A DNA stretch of 63,953 nucleotides, counting the filler, from Stramenopiles sp. TOSAG23-6 (taxonomy: Eukaryota), in NCBI GenBank assembly GCA_900128565.1. It is 9 parts of 9 records of this genome, joined end to end, with 100 filler letters (N's around TTAATTAATTAA, not from the genome) between each part and the next. Parts side by side here need not be neighbours in the genome. Positions count along the whole stretch, not along the records: positions 17,649 to 26,354 come from LT636419.1; positions 26,455 to 35,159 come from LT636420.1; 7 more parts are not named here. One strand, 5' to 3'. Of this stretch, positions 22,963 through 34,598 are shown piece after piece. A program made the position numbers and the translations under genes. Numbering within the stretch: position 1 is the stretch's first letter; each line of letters starts with the position of its first letter. The notes under the pieces were generated by a model that was not told the origin of the DNA, made no database searches, and saw only the letters and a list, made by a program, of their open reading frames with translations.

Positions 22963-24246
22963 ATGGTCAATCTGATATTATTAATTTCACTAATACTTTC
23001 ATCTCAATATGTATTACATGTCAATGCAGCAGCAACAGCAACAACAAAAACACATGTGGCACCTGCACTAAGAAACAGATCACCAGCGCCAGGACTTNAT
23101 AAGGCCGCAGAGGTGGTCCAGGAACTTCGAAACTTTTTTTCCAAGAAGAATTTGTTCAGTTTGGCTTCTGTTTCACGGGGTCTGCAGAGCGTAGTTGAAG
23201 CAGAACTCATAACACGTACAGAAAAAGTGCATTTTCATATTATGCAAGTGATAAATCTAATGAAATCACTTGACTTTATTCCAGAAGAAACAACAATTGA
23301 AACGAAAGGAAAAAACGTGTCTGCAAATAACTGGTACTCTCGTATTGAACGGGAAGCGACAGAAATATTTGAAAGTAAAAAACTGAATTTAATTCCAGTG
23401 GGAAATTATGTATCTAATCTTGGTAGTTTATCTACAGATACTGCATATTTTGTTGCTTTAATAAATGATACTGTTTACGCATGGGGTCAATGGGGAAGCA
23501 CAGAATATCAACCAATACCTAAACTTGTTGAAGAATTCAAGGGTAAAAACGTAAAGCAAATATTAACTGGTGCTTCATCGTATGGTCACGTTGGAGTTGT
23601 TCAAAACCGTCTTGATGCTGGTGCTGACGTCACTGTGGCTCACATACTTGGAGGTACCCCATTGCAACATGAGGCTCACACTGTTGCATTACTTGAAGAT
23701 GGTACTGTATACACATGGAGAAGTGGACATAATGGTCAACTTGGTCATGGTGATAAAAACAATCAACAAATACCTAAACTTGTTGAAGAATTAAAGGATA
23801 AAAAAGTAAAGCAAATATCAGCTGGTGCATACCACACTATTGCATTACTTGAAGATGGTACTGTATACACATGGGGATATGGAAATTATGGTCAACTTGG
23901 TCATGGTGATACAGCAAATCAACTCACACCTAAACTTGTTGCAAATTTACCAGATGAAGTAAAGCAAATATCAGCTGGTGCATACCACACTGTTGCATTA
24001 CTAAAAAAAAATAAAAAAAATAAAAAAAAAAATCGTACTGTATACACATGGGGAAATGGAACATATGGTCAACTTGGTTGTGGTGTTAATGTTAATCAAA
24101 ACAAACCTACACTTTTTGCAGCATTAAAACATACAAAAGTGGTGAAAGTTCAAGCAACTTGGATGGGTACTATTATTTATAAAAAACGTAACCATGTGAT
24201 TGCAAAATGTGGAAAGTTAATCAGAAAAATGTATTACGCAGCATAG
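22963..24246 (+). CDS. RCC1-repeat protein with hydrophobic N-terminus
   Basis: Repeats VKQISAGAYHTIALLEDGTVYTWGYGNYGQLGHGD; signal-peptide-like start MVNLILLISLILSS. Confidence 0.85.
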   Translation: MVNLILLISLILSSQYVLHVNAAATATTKTHVAPALRNRSPAPGLXKAAEVVQELRNFFSKKNLFSLASVSRGLQSVVEAELITRTEKVHFHIMQVINLMKSLDFIPEETTIETKGKNVSANNWYSRIEREATEIFESKKLNLIPVGNYVSNLGSLSTDTAYFVALINDTVYAWGQWGSTEYQPIPKLVEEFKGKNVKQILTGASSYGHVGVVQNRLDAGADVTVAHILGGTPLQHEAHTVALLEDGTVYTWRSGHNGQLGHGDKNNQQIPKLVEELKDKKVKQISAGAYHTIALLEDGTVYTWGYGNYGQLGHGDTANQLTPKLVANLPDEVKQISAGAYHTVALLKKNKKNKKKNRTVYTWGNGTYGQLGCGVNVNQNKPTLFAALKHTKVVKVQATWMGTIIYKKRNHVIAKCGKLIRKMYYAA

Positions 24247-24400
24247 AATTGAAATTTTGTATATACTATAAATAAAAGCGGGAACTGGATTTTTTTTCTA
24301 TTTTTAGGAACAAACCTGATGGTGTACATACAACAGAAGTCGAGAGAGAGAACAAAAATAAAATGTTATATCCACAACCCTTTAATCTAAAATAAGTTTA

Positions 24401-26299
24401 TTATGAACGAAACACTGGCTGAATCTTGGAAATATTCTGCCGACAAAAAGGACATTTAGGTGTTGTTGTTTCTAATAATTTGTCTCCACACGTCAAACAC
24501 ACAGCAAAATGCATACAATTTAAAATAACAGAGTTAATAGGTTTTTCCATACATATTTTACATATATCATTCGAACTATTTCTATCAGAGGAAATAGGAT
24601 TACCATTATTCAATGAAGTATGCATCATGTATTTTGGAAAAATATTTCAAAACAAAAATCGTTAGGTACAAAATTTCGTACGAAAAAAAATCATACAAAA
24701 AAAAAATAAAACATACATATTAAACTGAGATTTTGAGAGTCCCATAGATTCTAATGCTTTATTATGTTCTACATCTTTAATATTATTTGTTTGTCGGAAT
24801 TTACGTAAAGCATGTATTGTAAAAAAATAGATTTTTTTTTAGTTAAAAAAATACTTGTTAGGTATGAAATTTCGTATGAAAAAAAAAAATTGAAATTCAT
24901 GATGAAAACGTACATCTTCAGCTTGAGGCCCAATAATTCCACTAACTATAATTCCTGCTAAAAAATTCTTATAGTGTGATAATCTACTATCTCTACTACT
25001 TCTTTTCCGTTTTCTACTAGAAATATTAGTACTAGTACTAGCCACTTCATCATTGTGGTGATTACTCATAACAATATTTTCAGAATCATCAAAATTTTGG
25101 TCATCCACATTTGATCTTTTGCATTCCTTTTTATCAGAATCATTAATAATACTATGTAAGACACTTCTTGAACGACTTTTAAGAGTTGTTATTTTTCCAG
25201 ATGAAAATGAGAAACTCTCTCTTGACCTCTTTGATGTCATTGGTGTTAACCCTGCCAGCAAGTTATCNACATTCGCAGTNGCNTTTTTTTCTTTTTGCAA
25301 ATATAAATAACCTTTTTGATCAGCTCCATGTAGTGTGAAAAATATTTTGTTTTTAGTAAAANAAATGAAAAAAAATTGTTCAGGTACAAAATTTCGTATG
25401 AAAAAATTAATAAATTTGAAATTCATAATAAAAACGTACATAAAAACCCCGAATCCTGCAACCAATTCCAGTTTTCATATTTTCTCCTGGATGAATTGAT
25501 TCATCAATGTTAAATACTTGAAACTCAAATGCAGCTGTATATTTTATGACATTATTAAACTTACCTTTGTGTTGCTTCTGTAGCGTCAATATATTTGTGT
25601 CTAGTATGTATTTTGGAAAAAAATTTGAAAAAAAAATTTCAAAAAAAATTGTTAGGTACAAAATTTCATACGAAAAATAAATTCGAAATTGAAAAAAAAT
25701 AAAACATACATGCTTCTACCAATAATATCAAAATCTATTTTTTGACCTCTCCACAATGACACACCCTCGCCAGTCATTGATGATGTACCCGTCATAGGAT
25801 TATCCACTGTAAATCGAAAGGCAATATCATTCCAATTCGTTGCATTTGCTTCCGTTGACCTCAAACTTTGACCAGTCCAAATACCAGAAATACATGTATT
25901 AGAAAACAAATTAAATTCGAAATTTGTTAGGTACAAAATTTCGTACGAAAACCAAAAAAAAAAAATAAATTTGAAATTCATAATCAAAACGTACATTTTG
26001 GGAGTGATTTCAGCGTGGATGCACCGACATACGTGCATGTACTCCGAATACCTCCCGATATAGTGAAAAAATATTTTTTGTTTTTTTATATTGAAAATTT
26101 GTACCTAAGCAAAAAAAAATTAAAAAAAAAAAAATTAAAAAACAAAACATCGTTAGGTACAGAATTTTCTACGAAACAAAAAAAAAAAAAAACTGTAAAA
26201 ACATACAAGTATATCATTAACAGTCGCATCAACTGGACCTCGATACGGAACTCTGACAGTTTTCCCTTCACTGGAACGATAATTTTTGACACCTCCGCT
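24401..26299 (-). CDS. Multi-exon protein with C-terminal RING finger, 5' partial; at least 6 family introns
   Basis: [30 protein letters not shown]. Exons are separated by introns at about 24627-24716, 24812-24913, 25328-25439, 25606-25709, 25895-25994 and 26059-26206. Confidence 0.8.
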
Positions 26300-26590
26300 A
26301 TGTATTTTGGAAAAATATTTGAAAAAAAAAACTAAAATTTGTTAGGTACAAAATNNNNNNNNNNNNNNNNNNNNNNNNNNNNNNNNNNNNNNNNNNNNTT
26401 AATTAATTAANNNNNNNNNNNNNNNNNNNNNNNNNNNNNNNNNNNNNNNNNNNNACCAAGATTTCGTGTCAAACTTTCAATTTATTCGTCGTTAAACAAA
26501 TGTCGCCCACAATGTCATGATAATTTAGATTTGATTGTATTTCTGAATAAATACACTAATTATAGAAGAATGATTAATGGATAACGTGTT

Positions 26591-27112
26591 TTATATGATG
26601 AAAAGAAACTGGAAACAATCAAATCTCAAACTTCGCAAATGCACAGCCCTAACCCTAATTGTATCCTCGACCACCTCATCTTGATAGTATTCGGAAGAAC
26701 TACGTTTCCAATAGGATCCTTCCCCTGCATCGTCTTGGTTTGGATAATCTTGGGATATATCAGCGCTATATAAAGTTCGGGATACTGGGTAGCTGTAGCC
26801 CGCAGGACAGAATAATTCCTCGTCAATATTGCAACGTCCTTCAGAAAACTCATGCGGAACGGGTACAAGTATAGGACTGGAATGTCTATTCATTTGATTT
26901 ATGTTTTGTATTTTTCCAACGCAAAACCAAATAAAAAGCGTGCACAGTATAGCTTTTACAATGTTCCGCTTCATCTGTATTTTTTCAAAGCAAAGTCTAC
27001 AGACTATTCTTGATCTTTTCCCGCAATGATATATATTATATCTTTGTTTCTTTACAAATTCTTCAAAATAAAAGGAAGCACAGGAAATAACATTTTTTTT
27101 TTGATGGATCAT
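26591..27112 (-). CDS. Hypothetical protein (possibly an N-terminal exon)
   Basis: 173-aa ORF with a hydrophobic segment; no recognised motif. Confidence 0.35.
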   Translation of the reverse strand: MIHQKKNVISCASFYFEEFVKKQRYNIYHCGKRSRIVCRLCFEKIQMKRNIVKAILCTLFIWFCVGKIQNINQMNRHSSPILVPVPHEFSEGRCNIDEELFCPAGYSYPVSRTLYSADISQDYPNQDDAGEGSYWKRSSSEYYQDEVVEDTIRVRAVHLRSLRFDCFQFLFII

Positions 27113-27216
27113 CGATGTCCAAAAAATTTCGCAATACCCCTAACCCTAGGCTAGTAGTACCGATTAATAAACTAATATTAGATGAAGAAATGTAAAGAAA
27201 TTGTGCATACTTGATA

Positions 27217-27402
27217 TCTTTATTAGCTCAGAAAGACGTTTTTTTTTATACAGATTTACGTAGCTATACTTGTTTTCTTTTATTAGCTCAGAAAGACGTT
27301 TTTTTTTATACAGATTTGTTTTCTTTATTAGCTCAGAAAGACGCTTTTTTTTATACAGATTTACGTAGCTATACTTGTTTTCTTTATTAGCTCAGAAAGA
27401 CG
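27217..27402 (-). repeat. Tandem partial copies of the NADAR gene 3' end
   Basis: TTATTAGCTCAGAAAGACG occurs 4 times; the units are separated by TTTTTTTTATACAGAT. Confidence 0.9.
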
Positions 27403-27873
27403 CTCATCTGTCAAAGCTCCAACACCGGCAGCCCTCGATAGCTCTTCCCTGACAAGTTCAATAATCATTCCGTTGATTATCTGCCAGCTACCTGTGCTCA
27501 TGGGTGCTTTGATCTTACCCTGCTTCTTGATTAGTTCATTAGCAAGGTTTGGGTGCTGCACATATTTCGCTCTGACGCCTTGAAGCATGATTGAAGCTTT
27601 GACATATTCCCAGTCATTGCGGATCTTCGAATTACGGGATTGTCCCAAACTCCATGCTTTACCAGGACTATTTGTTGTACGTATTGCTTCGATAAGTTGA
27701 AGAGCCTTTACATCTCCCTTTTCAGCGGCGGGTTTGAACTTCATTGCCTGATAAAATGCTTCACAGGTTGACCAAACTTGTCCGTCGATCTTCATCGGGT
27801 ATTTTGCAAAATTATCCGTGGATCGGACAGCTTTCCAGCGACCATCGGAATATATTCGACATGGTCCTCCCAT
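27361..27873 (-). CDS. NADAR (YbiA-like) family protein
   Basis: NFAKYPMKIDGQVWSTCEAFYQAMKF, IRTTNSPGKAWSLG, RNDWEYVKASIMLQGVRAKYVQHPNL. Confidence 0.88.
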   Translation of the reverse strand: MGGPCRIYSDGRWKAVRSTDNFAKYPMKIDGQVWSTCEAFYQAMKFKPAAEKGDVKALQLIEAIRTTNSPGKAWSLGQSRNSKIRNDWEYVKASIMLQGVRAKYVQHPNLANELIKKQGKIKAPMSTGSWQIINGMIIELVREELSRAAGVGALTDERLSELIKKTSIAT

Positions 27874-28115
27874 CAGTGAACTTCTTGAATTGTTTCTGAA
27901 AAAAAAGTAATTTGATAAGAATGAATGTCGGAGAGCTAGTTTTTAACGTTTTTAACGAAGAAGCTTTGAAGAATCGCTGAAGAATTTCAAGTTGACTCAT
28001 TCATTCTGATGGAAGGTCAGGGTTAGGGTTAGGAAAAAAAATAAACATTTTTACCGTACAGAGATTAGGGTTAGGGTTAGGAAAAAAAAATTATTACTAT
28101 GACAATGCAAAGTAT

Positions 28116-29762
28116 TTATTCATAAACATTTTTACCGTACAGAGATTTCAAATTATCCTGCCATTGTCGCACAATTCTGTCAACATCTGCGGGAGTTTCT
28201 ATATTTTCGAAATCAAGTATATATTTATTTTCACTCGCGTTCCTATTAGGCACAGATTTTGGTACATTTGAAATATTATCAAATCGATCCTCTTTAGTAT
28301 CTTCCTTTTCAATTTTACTTATATTATTTGCATACAAAATATCATCTTCTTTTGCATATGTTTCTACTATTGGAGAGACTTGTGCTGAATTTCGCGTTTT
28401 TAAGTTTTCAATAACACTTAATAAATGTCTTAATTCTTCTCCATGTACTTTGGAAAAATATTTCAAAAAAAATTCATTAGGTACACAATTTCGTATGAAA
28501 AAAAAACTTAAATTAGAAATTCATATAAAACATACATGAGTTTTATGTAGCTGTACAATCTTGTTTTGATATATTTTTTTCATTTTTTTCAATTCTGAAG
28601 GTCTATTCCGTTTTATCGATTTTTTCGATGAACATAATTTTGTTCGTGATAATACTCTTGGTTTTGGAGATTTCTGTTGTAATTTATACTTATGCTCTTG
28701 AACCGTAAATGAAGTAGTACTAGGGTTAGGGTTATTAAAACTATCTTGCGACTGAATGCTAGAAGAAATGCTCTGACTAAAAGATGAATTACATTTTCGT
28801 GATGAATTTAGAGAAAGTGAATCCATATATGGTGATTGTGTTCGATTGTCATTCAACGCGACGACATTAACAACCGAAAGACGTGAAGAAGAATTTCGAC
28901 TTTGTTCGTTACAACAATTAGGGTTAGGGTTGCTTATGTACTTATTCTTAAACGCAACAGCGACCATAGTATGACCTATCCACTTCCGCATACACCGGCC
29001 TAATATCTGCATTCTATACCTTGATAAATAATATCTAATTCTCTCGGTTGCACGAAATATTAACAACTTCTGTCGCACTGAAGTTGGGCTTGTTACTACG
29101 ATATTGGCCCAAATTCGAAAACTTTTTTTTTGCATTTCAAATTTCCATTTTCTCGAATATTGTTTTACAGTGCTACGCATTATGTATCTACGAGTATCCC
29201 GCATCGCTGCACTACTTAGTTGAATCTGCTCTAGCAACCACTTTCGCATCTTTGCGTGACGCTTTTGCATTTTCCGACCCTTGATTTTATCTGCCTTATT
29301 GACTGAATCAACCATCGCAACTTCACGAACGGCTCGTTTTTGTTTTTTAATTAGATCACTCGCTGTGTGGAGTGCATATTGTTCGTTTAATGCGCATTTT
29401 AAAGCGGTTTTGTGTATACTTGTAATAGACTTACGCACACGATTTGACGAAGAAGTTAGGTCCTGGAAATGCGAACTATTCTCACTTGACTCAAATTTTT
29501 GCGAACTTTTTAAGGCAGGCATCATAGTAGAGTCAACACTTTTGTCAGTCTGAATATACTCGGCATCATCACCATCTTCCATTATATGTGAAGCATCGCT
29601 ACAGCTCATATCATTGTCTGCGTTACCAGGCCACGAAAACGAGGACCATGATGGAGAGTTAAGAAGTTCTGGGAAAGTTTTTACTTCATTTTCTTCTGAA
29701 ATAGGGGACCCTTTGAGAATTTCCACGTGGTTGTAGTTTTCTTTTGTACTTATTTCACTCAT
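28116..29762 (-). CDS. Hypothetical protein; intron 28443-28535
   Basis: A 413-aa and a 116-aa ORF are joined in frame by CAT|GTATGT...AAGTACAT|GGA. Confidence 0.7.
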
Positions 29763-30017
29763 TTTTTAAGATTTGATTACTCTTTCGAATTAAGCATAGT
29801 GATTTAGATTCAACTCAGCTCCTCTTGAGGTCACGTATGGATAAAAAATGTCATCATCAATCTGAAATCTCATCAATCTAAATTGAAATCTGAATTTAAA
29901 TTTGAAATGAATTTTGAAAAGCTTGAAAATAAATTAAAAAATTGATCGATTTTGATGGACAAGCAAAGTTGCACTTGCACCAATACAACCAATCCATAAG
30001 GTACCTTTAGTTTTCGA

Positions 30018-31187
30018 ATGAATCAAAGGCTTGCTGAACAAGTAAAACGAGTCATCGCTGTGACAAGCTGCAAAGGTGGCGTCGGTAAATCTTCTGTTTC
30101 TCTTGGTCTAGCTAGAGCTCTTCGAGCTCAAGGTTTGAGTGTTGGCATCTTGGATACTGATGTTCAAGGACCAAGTCTTCCCTCGTTTTTACCACAAGGT
30201 GTTTCTTGTGAAATTTTGAGTGGCGGTGTACAAATCAAACCTTTAGAAGCATTGGATGGAATTTATTGTATGTCATGGGGACTACTGCCAACTTTAGATG
30301 GTGGAAAATTTCGACGACCAGATTGTTTTGACAAGACAAAGTTTTCCCCAGCTGTCTTTAACGGGCGTGAGATGGTACGAATAGTCATTCAAATGGTCCA
30401 CGGCACTGATTGGAGTGTTATGGTTGGAGCGAATACTGAACCATTAGACATTTTGCTGATTGATACACCACCTGGTACTGGTGATGTTGCTATGAGTTTA
30501 ATGGCAAGTCTGCACCTAACTGCTGCTGTTGTTGTTTCAACACCGTCTCCTCTTGCATCTTGTGATGTTTTGAGAGGGACACAACTGTTAAATAAATTTA
30601 AAGTTCCAATAATTGCACATGTAGAAAATATGGCATATCAAATAAATGTAAAAGAAGGTTGTAAAATTTCATCAAATGATGTGTCAAGTGCATTGAGGTC
30701 GTGGTGTGATGAAGGGCACTTTATAGACGATCACGACAGTTTATCAAATGTCTTGAAATATTTAAATAATGCAGAAAATACATTTAGTAAAGTAAAGTTG
30801 CACAGCAATGAAATGTGTGAGGATATTTCATTTCCATTTGGACCATCCGCATTGGAAGAATTTCTCATCTCCACAAAAAGAAATCAAAAATCAAATTCAA
30901 TGAATGTCCATGTTGAGGGCTATCAATTGCCATTGAGTGAGAAATATAGTCCTTCTTCTTTAATTAGTTCTATTGATAGCCATAAGAAGAATAACAATAA
31001 TCTGGATCAATCAGAGAAAGTATTTTCAAATCTCGCGCTTCATGTTAGGAAACAATGTGAAAAATTACCGATGATTTGTGAACAAGAAAAAAATACAATG
31101 TCGACAGGTGACCCATCTCTTTTAGAACTTCAAAATTGGTTTAAGTTTTTATATCGAATTAAACGGATGGAAAATTGTGTCACATAA
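30018..31187 (+). CDS. Mrp/NBP35/ApbC family P-loop ATPase (HCF101-like Fe-S carrier)
   Basis: VIAVTSCKGGVGKSSV, DTDVQGPSLP, IDTPPGTGD, VENMAY. Confidence 0.88.
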   Translation: MNQRLAEQVKRVIAVTSCKGGVGKSSVSLGLARALRAQGLSVGILDTDVQGPSLPSFLPQGVSCEILSGGVQIKPLEALDGIYCMSWGLLPTLDGGKFRRPDCFDKTKFSPAVFNGREMVRIVIQMVHGTDWSVMVGANTEPLDILLIDTPPGTGDVAMSLMASLHLTAAVVVSTPSPLASCDVLRGTQLLNKFKVPIIAHVENMAYQINVKEGCKISSNDVSSALRSWCDEGHFIDDHDSLSNVLKYLNNAENTFSKVKLHSNEMCEDISFPFGPSALEEFLISTKRNQKSNSMNVHVEGYQLPLSEKYSPSSLISSIDSHKKNNNNLDQSEKVFSNLALHVRKQCEKLPMICEQEKNTMSTGDPSLLELQNWFKFLYRIKRMENCVT

Positions 31188-31271
31188 ATTTTCTGTGGCA
31201 TATTTCATTAGCATATGTGTACTAGGTATATTTTATTTGAAATTTTGCTCTCTTGAATAGCTTTCACGAAA

Positions 31272-34200
31272 TCATACATTGGCTGGACAAGGATTTTGAT
31301 GTCTCCACTCTAAATAATCAATAATAACAAAATAACTAAAAACAAAGCCAATGTTAACACAAATATGCCACCATTGATGACTGTGAAAGAAAATATCTAA
31401 CTTTCCTTCCCCAAAAATGACTTCAGGTATACTAGCAGATTTTATTACAAGACCCAGTGTGATAAATCCCATTGATAATAACCAATATTTGACATAAGAC
31501 CAAGGCCCTCCACGTGCTATTGAATCTTCGTAGAGTTTTTCATATATAAAGAAAATCATTGGCATACAGTTAGCAAAAACGACAAAAAGGAAAAATGCAA
31601 ATGTCCTAACGGAACTTTGTGCCACAAAAACAACTGATAGAATCGTTGATAGAAACAAGCCAATTGCAGAGACATAAAAAAATAATTGTTTTTCCCAATC
31701 ACAATAAAATGTAAATCTTCCTAAAGGGATTGACGTATTGTGAAAAATATTTTTTTTTTAGTCAAAAAACAAAATAATTAGGTACAAATTTTTCTATGAA
31801 AAAAAATGAAGGTTAAAAATCGATTTTGATAATGTACATGCACATAAAACAGCAAGGCAAATAGAAGAGTAATCTACACCCCACCAAAATACAAAAGAAC
31901 GCTTGGATACATTATTAAACAAATGCGCTAATCCTGAACAAAATGGTCTAATCACCAATGAACCTACAATAGTCATAATTGCAATGGTACGATCTGTATG
32001 ATTAGCAGTATGTATTGTGAAAAATATTTGTTTTTTTGGTTGAAAAAAAAAATTGTTAGGTACAAAACTTTTTATGGAAAAAAAATTAATTTCGTATATA
32101 TGGAAAAAAATTTAAATTTGTATCAAAACAATATAAATTTGAAATTCATGATGAAAACAAACTTTATACACTGAATTATGACTGACAACAAATATAGAGC
32201 ATATAATGAAAAGAATAAGAGGTATAAATTCTGTCCAAACATTAATGAGCTCATTATGAATAAAAAAGAGTGATCGTAGACATAATTTGTAACTAAAACC
32301 ATATATTGTGAAAATATATATATATCTTTTTTTTTGCATTTGTTAGGTACAAAATTTAAAAATAATGTAGCGAAAAAAATCGATTTGAAAACGTACCGGT
32401 TTTCTGTATCCACTGACTACATATGGATATGGTGCATACCAATTTGGTAATTCATCTCTTGTACACAACTCAAACTTTTCAGAAAGAGTAATATTACTAT
32501 TGGTGTACTCTTCTCCTGAAATATTATGTATTTTTGGGAAAATATTGTTTTTAGTAAAAATATAGTTTTTTTGTTAGGTTTACATTTTGGTATACAACAA
32601 AAATGAAATTGAATAAGTGAAAACGAACAACAGTGTCCATAAATTCTTCAGGTGCATACAGTTCTTTATCCGTTAGAAATTCAATTAGAGTTGTAGCACC
32701 AGAATGTTCCAAAGTTTCGAATCCTTCATTAGAACATCCTATATTTTCAGAAATATTTAAATCTTTCAAAACATCGCGTAATTTGAGCAAACCTCGCGAT
32801 GATGGTCTTGCTAAATGTGTATTTAGGAAATTCAGTAAAGCGGCTGGTACACTTTTTACTTTATTTTTAATCGACTTATTCGTTTTTTTATTTTCTAAAT
32901 TATTGTTTTTATTGTTTATGTGATCATTTTGTAATAATGGGATTCTAAAGGTATTACTATCACCAGTTGTAGTATCAGTACTGATAGATATACTATCTTC
33001 CATTATATTAGGGTTAGGGCTATGCATATCTCCTTTGATTGTATTGCTCATTTTTGCATCATTTGTATGATTGATAGATTCTTTACTCTCATCTAAATAA
33101 TCATGGATAAAATTATCCATGATATTTTGTTTGCTGAAAAGATCTCTGGGGCATGATGAAGTAGACATTGGAGAATATTGAGACGAATTTGGATTGTTTA
33201 CTTCAAGATAGAGACGTAAATATTCTCGATTTTCACAAATCGATAAAAATTTCAGACGATCTTGTTTCTCTGTTCTATGACTCACTTTTAAGCAAATAAA
33301 TGTAATAAAAATAAGTGTGAAATTATACGCTATATGTATTGTGAAAAAATATTCTTTTCTTTTTACTAAAAAAACATTTGTTAGGTACGAAATTTCGTAT
33401 GAAAGCAAATTTAGTAAAAAAATGTAATTTTGAAAACGTATATACAAATCGTGATCGTTATCCTTCCAAGAATCATGTTCTATCAGGACTACTGTAGTTT
33501 TTAAAAATTATGTCAAATTCAATTTTTTGTCATACTCGGTACAAAAATTTTTGAAAGAAAAAAAAAAAGTATAGTTGAAACATTTTTGATATTTTTGATC
33601 AAAACAAAAAAAAATTCTTAGGTACGAAATTTCTTAGAAAAAAAAAACATACAAGCATTCCACAAAATGAGTTGGACAAAAGTAACAAAAAAAGCACAGA
33701 CAAACCGTAAACGCACAAGAATAGACCATGATATCATATCAAGCATCATTGCAAGCATAATAAATGGTGATAGTTTAGCGTCCAAGAAATATGCTTCGAG
33801 GACGAGCTCTGCTCCAGTGAGAATAGCAAGAGTCATTACATAAATATGTGTATACTTCTCAAAGCAGCTGCCAAAAGAAAGAAAAAAGAGACCAAGCAAA
33901 ACAGCAAAGTATGTAAGCCGTACAGCTAACGGTGTCTGATATGGTGAGGAATTTTGCATGTGGAGCTCTTCAGAAGTATGTAAACCATATGCAAGCCAAA
34001 ACATCATATCTAAAAATAACAAACCTAAAACAACCAAGCGAAGACTGACGCCTCGCACATTAGTGAAGTAACAAGCGTAAGCTTTTTCTAACTTATCGTT
34101 TCGGAAACGTAAACTGTATCGAAGTATTTCTTGGTATTGAACGCCCATATCACACAAACCATTCCAAGTTTCACCAGTTGCTTCTGCGACATCTGCAGCG

Positions 34201-34361
34201 ATTTCTTCAGCGGATAGAGTTGACTTATCAAAATCAGCTGCAGATAGTTTTTTTAACGCAGTTCGACGACTCACACCTAGAGGACTATGACGACGTTCCC
34301 TACCACTATGGATCGGTGTTTTTGTTGGAGAACGCATGGGGGGAGTTAATGTAGCATCCAT
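31272..34361 (-). CDS. PAQR/AdipoR (haemolysin-III) protein with an extra N-terminal multi-TM domain; introns 33492-33652, 33334-33441, 32526-32628, 32301-32396, 32010-32162, 31733-31837
   Basis: ELPNWY..YVVSGYRKP, SLFFIHNELINVWTE, SGLAHLF, DYSSI, IPE..GKLDIFFHSHQWWH. The upstream exons join in frame. Confidence 0.8.
32301..32396 (-). mobile_element. Introner-like GT-AT intron
   Basis: CCG|GTACGT...CACAATATAT|GGT restores SGYRKP-GFSYKLCLRSLF. The upstream exon does not end in AT, which fixes the GT start. Confidence 0.8.
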
Positions 34362-34598
34362 GTGAAATAGATCAGAATATCAATGATATTGCCCCCGGGG
34401 GTGGGGAATTAGAATGTACCTTCAAGGATAGTGTAATTATTCTATTTTGTCGATGTCATTTTTAGTGTTAAAAAATTTTTATTCGTACCATTTTTTCGTA
34501 CTAGAAAAAATAACGGATATCATCTCGAGCTTGTTCTACTAGTCAAGTCAAACGTGAGTTCATTATGATTATTATTTTATAGGTGCAGTAAAAGTGAA

